From: Bacteriovoracaceae bacterium
GTDB lineage: Bacteria > Bdellovibrionota > Bacteriovoracia > Bacteriovoracales > Bacteriovoracaceae
NCBI GenBank assembly: GCA_965217035.1
Contig: OZ244226.1
Span: 2,896,146 to 2,960,145, forward strand
DNA length: 64,000 bases
Direction of reading: 5' to 3'
Under the pieces are notes generated by a model. The model did not search any database. It saw only the letters and a program-made list of their open reading frames with translations, and was not told the origin of the DNA. This document shows positions 57,185-64,000 of the stretch, in pieces (the first letter of the stretch is position 1; the number at the start of each line of letters is the position of its first letter). Made by a program: the position numbers and the translations under genes.

Positions 57185-57790
57185 TTAGCGAGAGTACTGG
57201 AGAACTTCAAGCGTTCCACTAATTAATTCAGTTTGTGGATTTCTTTTTATCTCGGACTCTATAAATTGAATTTTCTTCTGTACTGAAAGAAGGCGAATAA
57301 AAAAACTTAGATCTTCATTATGAATATTTTTGAAAGTAATTTGAGCAGTAATTTTTGATATATTCTCTGAAAGATTCGCTTGGTTGAAGTCCTTAACCCC
57401 TATTTTAGCAGAAGAAATTGTTCCAGCACTGGAACGAACTTCATTTGTAAATTGAGATTTAGAGTCAATGCGAGGGTTAGCAATTAATTGACTAAAGAGG
57501 AGCTCAGCTCTTTTCTCAAGTTCAATGAATTTGGCGATTTCTTCTCCAATTTTCTCTTTATTTTCAATATTTGACTTCAAGGCCATATTAGAGAGGAAGA
57601 AGTTTAGAATAATGGCAATAAAGATGAGGAAGAATAGTGAAGACATTATGATGTTGAGAACCGGTCTCATTTCGTCCTCAATATTAGCGTTAGCATCAGT
57701 TAAGCTGCTATAGACTTGTGATTTTTTAAACTCATCACATTGCTTGAAAATAAAATCATCAATTTTTTTCATTATCTCAAGTTTTGCCAT
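57185..57790 (-). CDS. gspM: Type II secretion protein M-like
   Basis: TM, coiled coil and small C-domain; position after gspL. Confidence 0.65.
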   Translation of the reverse strand: MAKLEIMKKIDDFIFKQCDEFKKSQVYSSLTDANANIEDEMRPVLNIIMSSLFFLIFIAIILNFFLSNMALKSNIENKEKIGEEIAKFIELEKRAELLFSQLIANPRIDSKSQFTNEVRSSAGTISSAKIGVKDFNQANLSENISKITAQITFKNIHNEDLSFFIRLLSVQKKIQFIESEIKRNPQTELISGTLEVLQYSR

Positions 57791-57797
57791 GATTCCC

Positions 57798-59411
57798 CTA
57801 GAGCTTAAAGCTCATATCGAGTTTTCCTGAGTTTTTATTGGCCTTAATCTCAAGTTTTTTAAAGCCAGCACCCTTAATTGAAGTTTCAAGATTATCGAGT
57901 TCTTCAGCTTCACAGCTAGCAAATTTTGCAACGACTTCTCCTGTAGAAAGGTCTTTATAGTCGCTCAAGTAACATTCACTTTGAACCTTTTCAGTAAGCA
58001 TAAAGAGTCCTTTTAACCCCTTAGATCTTTGATTCTTTGATATTTCTTTAATTTCTTTGTTCAGAGTTTTAAGTTTCCTCTGAATTTTAGAAAGAATAAC
58101 TTTTGGTTTTTTCTTAATATTGACTTTAATATCTCGAGAAGGAATTCCTAAGTTGGGACGAGAAAGAGTACTTTTTATAGATTTGGTAATCTCCTTATCT
58201 CTCTTTTTTAAGAAAAATCCTTCTAAGAAAAGTGCTCCACAAATAAATAGAGTAAGAGTCACAGTTCTCAAGCTTATAAAGCTCAATGAGTAGATAGGAA
58301 TCTCTTCACTTCTAAGAGGGGCGAATATCCCAGTCAGAAAATTATGACACATTTGTCGAAAAGGGTAGAAATAGGAAAGAGCATTAGCATTCCCAAAACT
58401 AAGAAAATTAGCTCTTTTGCTTCCTACGGCACTAAAGTTTCTTGTAAAGTCATCTAAAAATGAAACCTTAACTCCAAAGGCTCCAGTAAGGTAGTTCTCG
58501 ATGTTTTTTATATGTGATGAACCACCGGTTAGATAAACTTTGTTAACAGTTAAACCATGGTTGACTCTGAAGCTTAGCTCCCAGCGTTTATATTCTCTTA
58601 TAAGAGGTTGCATGGCTTCATCCATTTTTGTTGCAAACTCTCTTTGGCGCTCGTCAACCTCATGATATTGCTCTTTGAGTAAGAAAAAAGAATTATTATG
58701 TTTAAATTCGATCGCTTTTTCTTCATCAACATCATAATGAGTCATAATCATTTCATTGATATTAGCTCCGCCAATAAAGCAGAGGTTATAGGCGAGAACC
58801 TTTCCATTCTGAATGAAATAAGCGACGGTTTTCCTGTGCCCGATATCAAGAATACAAGTCGTTGTTTCACTTGCGAGCTCTTCAGTGTTTTGAACGTATT
58901 GAGTCCAGGTAGAAAGTTCCGTTGTTAGGTAAGTAGGGAGTGCATCTTGTTCTTTAAGTGCTTTCCAGTATTTCTCAAAGATTATATTCGGGACATAACT
59001 CGAAACACTATCAAACCCTGACGGGGATTTTTTTAAGTTGCTGGCCAGATGAACATCTTGAATTTGAAATGGAATATTTTCTTCTAGTTGAAAAGGGACC
59101 ATTTGTTCTGCTTTTTTCTTTTGCTTTACGGGAACTTCCGTAAAGCGAGTGCTTGTCATCTCAATAGGGCTTTGGAAAACAATTTTTGCATTATCAGGAA
59201 TTTTTGAAAGATAAATCTTTAGGGCTTCAATTTGAGCATCAAAGTATGGAAGAACTTTAATGAGATCATCTTCTTCACTTAGGTCGACTTTTTTCTCAGA
59301 TAATTTTAAAGGGATCTCAATTTGGTTTACATGTTTAGGGCGTTTTTTATCGACCTTGGATTCAAGGACTTTAATCGAATAACTACCCATATCAATTGTG
59401 ACTGTGAACAT
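57798..59411 (-). CDS. gspL: Type II secretion protein L (PilM-like actin-fold domain + TM + periplasmic domain)
   Basis: IDMGSYSIK, LDIGH..T, GG..I, YLTGGSS.IKN, then a TM segment. Confidence 0.8.
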   Translation of the reverse strand: MFTVTIDMGSYSIKVLESKVDKKRPKHVNQIEIPLKLSEKKVDLSEEDDLIKVLPYFDAQIEALKIYLSKIPDNAKIVFQSPIEMTSTRFTEVPVKQKKKAEQMVPFQLEENIPFQIQDVHLASNLKKSPSGFDSVSSYVPNIIFEKYWKALKEQDALPTYLTTELSTWTQYVQNTEELASETTTCILDIGHRKTVAYFIQNGKVLAYNLCFIGGANINEMIMTHYDVDEEKAIEFKHNNSFFLLKEQYHEVDERQREFATKMDEAMQPLIREYKRWELSFRVNHGLTVNKVYLTGGSSHIKNIENYLTGAFGVKVSFLDDFTRNFSAVGSKRANFLSFGNANALSYFYPFRQMCHNFLTGIFAPLRSEEIPIYSLSFISLRTVTLTLFICGALFLEGFFLKKRDKEITKSIKSTLSRPNLGIPSRDIKVNIKKKPKVILSKIQRKLKTLNKEIKEISKNQRSKGLKGLFMLTEKVQSECYLSDYKDLSTGEVVAKFASCEAEELDNLETSIKGAGFKKLEIKANKNSGKLDMSFKL

Positions 59412-59435
59412 AAATAAATGATACAGAAAAAAATT

Positions 59436-60824
59436 TTAATTGACGAAAATTTCTATAACTTTTGGCTTCGCAAATTCGAACTTTGAAGTATCATTCTGAC
59501 CATTTTGGTTTCCTGACGTCGTTGAGCCATTAGAGGTTGTGCCTGAAGTATTAAAGTTTGAAGTTGTAGATCCCGTACCAGACTGAATATTGGTCTTTTT
59601 TGCAACTTGGGGAAGAACAACAATAGCATTAATTGTATATTTGGCATTGCTCGAAATACCTGTTGAAATCACTTTAAAAAGTGACGGTTTTGAGCCAAAT
59701 GTGATTCCAGCTTTCTTTAGGAGAGCGAAACGGTCGGACATTTCTGACTTTGAGACTATTCTTGCTTCATCGGCAAAATAATTAGTGAGATCATTACCAG
59801 ATTCAAAAGTGATCGGGTTTCCATTATTTTGTTGGTATTTATAGAACTCAGCGATCTGTTCATCAGTAATTTCAGGTACAATAAGTCGAATAAGGTTTGC
59901 TGTAAGTTTGTTGATATCAATGATCATGTCGCCATGAACGGTGATCTCATTTTTTATGAGTCCTATCAGGTCATCGTTCCAATAGGGTAAGAGATTTAGT
60001 TCTGAAACACTTGTCATAGGAGCATGTTTGGGAGTGATACCTAGTTTTTCAAAATCTGCTTGAACTTGAGTTTGGAGTGGCCCTATATCTGTATTTCTGT
60101 CACTGATATAAAATTTAACAGCTGCAATTAACTCATTTATGTCAATTCCACTATAACGATTCGCAAAGTACTCATCTGTTTCTATTTTTCGATCAAGCGC
60201 TGTTTTTATGAGTTCTTTAAACCGCTCTTCAATATTAAGAAGCTTGTCATCTTGAGGATTTGTTTGGTTATTATTACTTCCTGCAGTCGTTGATCCCGTT
60301 TGGCCTCCATTCAGAGAACCTATTGTTGAGTTTGAATTTTGTTTTTTATCAAATTCAATAAGAAATTTAAGCATTTCGGATGCTCTTAAGGCATTAAGAT
60401 TTAGTTTATTGGCGAAGCTATTAACCGTAGTCATAATTTCTCCTTCCAAAATAAGATTCTCTTCAAACTTATTAACAGCATCTTTATCAGCTAAGCCCAT
60501 ATCTCCTGTGATTTCAAAAGGAAACTTGAGAGGGAAACTCCAAACTTGATTAAGCATTTCTGAGGCAGCAAATTGAGAAAGATTTTTATTTTCTCCTAAA
60601 AAGTTAATTGCTTTTTGATAAATTTCTAATCTGATAAGTGCTAAATGAAGACCCGATTCAGCATTCATCCTTGCTTGGGATTTCCCCGTTATATTATAAG
60701 CTTTTATTTTATTAACCGATGTTTCGTAACGGAAAGTAAACATAAGGAGAGTTAAAACAGTTACAGTCGTTAGCACCATAAGAATGGCCACACCGCTTTG
60801 GTTATGGAGAATTTTTCGAATCAT
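59436..60824 (-). CDS. gspK: Type II secretion minor pseudopilin K
   Basis: NQSG|VAILMVL, KLNLNAL, P...VSEL.L, IDIN. Confidence 0.88.
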   Translation of the reverse strand: MIRKILHNQSGVAILMVLTTVTVLTLLMFTFRYETSVNKIKAYNITGKSQARMNAESGLHLALIRLEIYQKAINFLGENKNLSQFAASEMLNQVWSFPLKFPFEITGDMGLADKDAVNKFEENLILEGEIMTTVNSFANKLNLNALRASEMLKFLIEFDKKQNSNSTIGSLNGGQTGSTTAGSNNNQTNPQDDKLLNIEERFKELIKTALDRKIETDEYFANRYSGIDINELIAAVKFYISDRNTDIGPLQTQVQADFEKLGITPKHAPMTSVSELNLLPYWNDDLIGLIKNEITVHGDMIIDINKLTANLIRLIVPEITDEQIAEFYKYQQNNGNPITFESGNDLTNYFADEARIVSKSEMSDRFALLKKAGITFGSKPSLFKVISTGISSNAKYTINAIVVLPQVAKKTNIQSGTGSTTSNFNTSGTTSNGSTTSGNQNGQNDTSKFEFAKPKVIEIFVN

Positions 60825-61717
60825 GGGGGGCTCCCATTAGCATTGGTAGCTTGTCCCAAGCCCGCTGTTCCATTCGTAGGTGCATTAACAGTATCATCGA
60901 GAGGATTATAAAGTGGCCAAATAGGTCTAAAAATACGTTCAATTTTCTCTGGTTGATTATAGATATTGCGGAATTTGATGATAACCTTTATGGCCTGAAC
61001 CCAACCTTGGGCATCGGAAACCTCTTTTAGAGAAGTAAATTTTTCTGTTTTAGAATTCCAGAACTTGAATTCAAGTTCATCAACTTTTTCCATAACAACT
61101 TGATTTTTAAAATCATCAAAGTTGATATCTCTATCGTTAAAAGGGTTCACCGGTATATGGTAGCGGACAAGATTATTCCCAAGATCACCATAGTCACTAC
61201 CATAATTTTCTTCAGCATATTTAACGTCATCTGAGCTAGGATCTTCTAATGTATAAACAACCCAAGCATAGTTTGACTCTTTTGAGTTTTCTAAAACTCT
61301 TCGGTGCGAGTTGGTAAAGAATTCAAAGGTGAATTTATCAGGTTGTTTAAATCTTGGAATCGGAACACCTTTATCATTCGGAACATAGAAGAGAGGGTTA
61401 TTTCGATATTGTTCATCAATATTCCTTTGCAGGTTTTCTCTGAGAAGATAAATAGGATCATTCCGATCTTTTACTTCTATCGTAAGCTTTTCCATTTCAA
61501 ATTTTTGAGAAAAATAGAGAGGAGAATAAATTTGGGAGATATCCCATTCCATCATGCTCAAAGCGGTATAAACTCTTAAGCGATCTTTGTCTTCTTTTAC
61601 AACTTTTTCTTTGATTTCAAAGTTTTCATCTGTATTAGTGACTACGGCTAAGGTAATAAAAGAGAGTAAGACAATGGAAATTAAAACTTCGAGAAGTGAG
61701 AAACCTTTTTGCATCAT
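60821..61717 (-). CDS. gspJ: Type II secretion minor pseudopilin J
   Basis: KG|FSLLE prepilin motif; DI.Q; operon position. Confidence 0.85.
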   Translation of the reverse strand: MMQKGFSLLEVLISIVLLSFITLAVVTNTDENFEIKEKVVKEDKDRLRVYTALSMMEWDISQIYSPLYFSQKFEMEKLTIEVKDRNDPIYLLRENLQRNIDEQYRNNPLFYVPNDKGVPIPRFKQPDKFTFEFFTNSHRRVLENSKESNYAWVVYTLEDPSSDDVKYAEENYGSDYGDLGNNLVRYHIPVNPFNDRDINFDDFKNQVVMEKVDELEFKFWNSKTEKFTSLKEVSDAQGWVQAIKVIIKFRNIYNQPEKIERIFRPIWPLYNPLDDTVNAPTNGTAGLGQATNANGSPP

Positions 61718-62313
61718 GGATTACTCCCTGATGCATTTGAAGCAGGTGCTCCAGTTCCTCCTCCAAAATTAACTTGAATTTCATAGTTGGGATTTCTTAA
61801 CCAACTTGAAAGAGTGAATGTTGAGCCTGTTATTTTATTTTTGACAGTGACTCTCACTTGCCAGAGAGCTTCTTTTATATTCTCTTTGATTTGTTCAAAA
61901 AGAACATTGAGATACTGCATTTGGGGATTTTGTCCTTCGTCCTCTTCTCCTTCCTGTTGACCTTGGAGGATCTTGAAAAAATTTGGAAGCTCAAATTGTT
62001 TATATTCGATACTGTATTCAAAGTCTGAAAGTTCAGAATCTTCAAACCTATTGGTTTCAACCTTTAAAGTGAGGGCAGGATTAAGGGGAGGAGGAGAAAA
62101 AAGAATATCGTTGATCACATTTTCGGCGAGGCTATGAAGGCGAAGCTCTTCTTCCATTAAAACAGAGTCTTGCTGGTTGTCTCTTTGACTCCCTATGAAG
62201 ACAACATAAAAAACAGAGAAAAGAATAAAGGCAATCATAATCTCAAACAGAGTAAGACCTTTTTGATTGAGAATTTTCTTTAAGCTATTGATTGTTCGAG
62301 CTCCATTTATCAA
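61714..62313 (-). CDS. gspI: Type II secretion minor pseudopilin I
   Basis: KG|LTLFE prepilin motif; nearest standard start is TTG at 62313 (start uncertain). Confidence 0.8.
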   Translation of the reverse strand: MINGARTINSLKKILNQKGLTLFEIMIAFILFSVFYVVFIGSQRDNQQDSVLMEEELRLHSLAENVINDILFSPPPLNPALTLKVETNRFEDSELSDFEYSIEYKQFELPNFFKILQGQQEGEEDEGQNPQMQYLNVLFEQIKENIKEALWQVRVTVKNKITGSTFTLSSWLRNPNYEIQVNFGGGTGAPASNASGSNP

Positions 62314-62980
62314 ATAAGGTTTTTGTTTGTTGAAAAACAACATCAGTATAGGTTTCTTCAACAAAATCATTAATAGGAACAAAGTCGAGGTGAAATCTTT
62401 CTCGAACACTTTCAGCTTCAAGGGTTGCAAATTCTTCGTAAGTATTAAAGATAATAAGAGCAAGATCTTGGTGACCCGTGGGATAGAAGTAAATAGAGGC
62501 GACTCCATCCGTGATAAGATCTTTTGAAAGTGATGTTGCGATACCTGCTATTCTCACATCTTCGTTAAGTTCTCTAATGTTTTTTTGAAATTCAGGGATA
62601 GGGATGAAGCCTTGTTCCGCTTTTTTCACTTTTTCATCTCTATTCTCTCGCTCTTTAAGTCCGAGTCGACTTTCGTCTACATATTCGGGAAGAAGGAGAT
62701 TGGCATTTTCGCTCGACTCCACTGCATAACTTATCGGTGTTTTCCCAAGATCAAATTTTAATCTAACAATTTTATTAGAAACAACGGCCTCATTCCTTGA
62801 AAACCGAATGGCCCTTTCTATATCATCAAGTGCGACTTCAAGTTTTTCCCTTTCAGTTTGACTTCCAAAATCAACAAGACTAAAGACAACACTAACGAGA
62901 GTGATAGCAACGAGAATCTCTATCAGAGACATGCCCGAGTCTTGTTTTATAATTTTTTTTATTGGATTGGAACGGAGCAT
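62285..62980 (-). CDS. gspH: Type II secretion minor pseudopilin H
   Basis: SG|MSLIE, R..R.EA, FYPTG. ATG 62980 has a properly spaced AAGGAG. Confidence 0.85.
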   Translation of the reverse strand: MLRSNPIKKIIKQDSGMSLIEILVAITLVSVVFSLVDFGSQTEREKLEVALDDIERAIRFSRNEAVVSNKIVRLKFDLGKTPISYAVESSENANLLLPEYVDESRLGLKERENRDEKVKKAEQGFIPIPEFQKNIRELNEDVRIAGIATSLSKDLITDGVASIYFYPTGHQDLALIIFNTYEEFATLEAESVRERFHLDFVPINDFVEETYTDVVFQQTKTLFDKWSSNNQ

Positions 62981-63002
62981 GCGAGGCATGCTCCTTGAGA
63001 AA

Positions 63003-63437
63003 TTATATATCCGTACTAATGATATCGGCATCGAAACCATCTCCGCCTTCCTCTTGATCCGCTCCAAGAGAAATGATGGTAAAACTTCTTCCTTCATCTG
63101 GTGATTCATAAAGATAATCATTATCCCATGGATCGAGTGGTAGTTTACCATCACTCATGTACCCACCTGGTCTATATCTTTTACAATCACGACCACTTGT
63201 TGGTTTTTCAATCAAAGCTTGAAGGCCTTGTTCTGTAGTAGGGTAACGATTGCAATGTCTTTTGAACTCATCAAGAATTCCTGAAACTCTTTGGATTTGA
63301 ATTTTTGCAGCTTGGACTCTACCTTCTTCAAGACTATCAAAAACCTTTCCGGCAACAAAAGCACCAGCAAGACCGATCAATGTCAGTGCGATAAGAATTT
63401 CAATAATACTAAAACCTGCGTTCGAACTACTTTTCAT
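63003..63437 (-). CDS. gspG: Type II secretion major pseudopilin G
   Basis: AG|FSIIE, YPTTEQGLQAL, DPW..DY.Y, SLGAD..EGGDG.DADI. Confidence 0.95.
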   Translation of the reverse strand: MKSSSNAGFSIIEILIALTLIGLAGAFVAGKVFDSLEEGRVQAAKIQIQRVSGILDEFKRHCNRYPTTEQGLQALIEKPTSGRDCKRYRPGGYMSDGKLPLDPWDNDYLYESPDEGRSFTIISLGADQEEGGDGFDADIISTDI

Positions 63438-63463
63438 GACCTCAATTCCTTTTGTTTATTTGT

Positions 63464-64000
63464 TTAATGTAGTTTATTTAATTCCATCATTGGGATGATA
63501 ACAGAAAATATAATGATTGCCACCGCGACACCCATGAGAACCATCATTATAGGTTCGATAACAGCGGTCAAGCCATTCAATCGAGCATCGACTTGGTCTT
63601 CATAGTTTTCAGCAATAATATCGAGCATGGGTTCCAGTTCACCAGATCTTTCTCCAAGCTTAATCATATAGGTAACCATTGTTGGGAAATTTCCATTTGC
63701 CTGAAGCGGTCCAACCATTGAAGACCCTTCAGAGACGGCCACTCGAGAACTTTCGATATCATCTTTCATCCAGACATTAGGAACAAGATTTTTAACAATG
63801 TTCATAGAGGCCAGAATAGGAACACCTGAATTTAGGAGTGTCCCGAGAGTTGAACAGAACCGGCTGACATTAATCATTTGAATAAGTGACCCTAGGTAGG
63901 GGATTCTTAATTGTAGGCGATGCCAACGTCGAGTTCCACTGTCAGTAGAAAGATATTTTCTTACTAGCCAGATTAAGGCAAAAATTCCAATGATAACGAT
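63464..64000 (-). CDS. gspF: Type II secretion inner membrane protein F (5' part outside window)
   Basis: RFCSTLGTLLNSGVP, GERSGEL, IEP. Frame is open to the window end. Confidence 0.95.
   Translation of the reverse strand: MVIIGIFALIWLVRKYLSTDSGTRRWHRLQLRIPYLGSLIQMINVSRFCSTLGTLLNSGVPILASMNIVKNLVPNVWMKDDIESSRVAVSEGSSMVGPLQANGNFPTMVTYMIKLGERSGELEPMLDIIAENYEDQVDARLNGLTAVIEPIMMVLMGVAVAIIIFSVIIPMMELNKLH

Noticed and set aside
2356..63104. Many short antisense or alternate-frame ORFs in the track (e.g. 2356, 2906, 7405, 18976, 22356, 45988, 53012, 61304)
   Set aside because: They lie within well-supported genes and show no motifs or start signals.
1..64000. CRISPR array, tRNA/rRNA, prophage, retron or known defence systems
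   Set aside because: No regularly spaced repeats, cloverleafs with a T-loop, or integrase, RT or Cas motifs were seen by eye.

Overview
AT-rich chromosomal window from what is most likely a predatory Bdellovibrionota bacterium (Bacteriovorax/Halobacteriovorax-like). This placement is inferred from the TIGR02147-type regulator, 'GNGG' and 'RxxAS' secreted proteins, DUF6178-like protein and gsp cluster layout. From 1 to 7 kb is an accessory cassette: a tandem array of small paralogous 2-Cys secreted proteins, a GNGG secreted protein and a TIGR02147-family regulator. Its lead gene is split at codon 4 by an intact 876-bp IS5-family (IS427-group) element with a TA duplication and a -1 frameshift transposase. 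The rest is mostly core genome: dinB, nadE, trmFO, a DHH phosphoesterase, a Gld/PilHIG-like ABC exporter, tdk, hpt, guaB, a hemA-hemC(D)-hemL-HK-RR-hemE operon, a plsB-like gene, infC-rpmI-rplT, ihfA-merR and a type II secretion cluster gspF-N. Non-obvious signals: (i) a sigma28-type promoter leading into a leader hairpin, an unannotated 59-aa basic ORF and a GC-rich multi-stem RNA next to a PilZ gene; (ii) pervasive leaderless gene starts; (iii) ATT start codons at infC and probably at a glycosyltransferase-like gene; (iv) a perfect palindrome at an activator-like position of the secreted array; (v) structured elements around rpmI-rplT; (vi) a hairpin occluding the gspH start. No tRNA, rRNA or CRISPR array was seen. 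All calls are by eye; no database searches were run.
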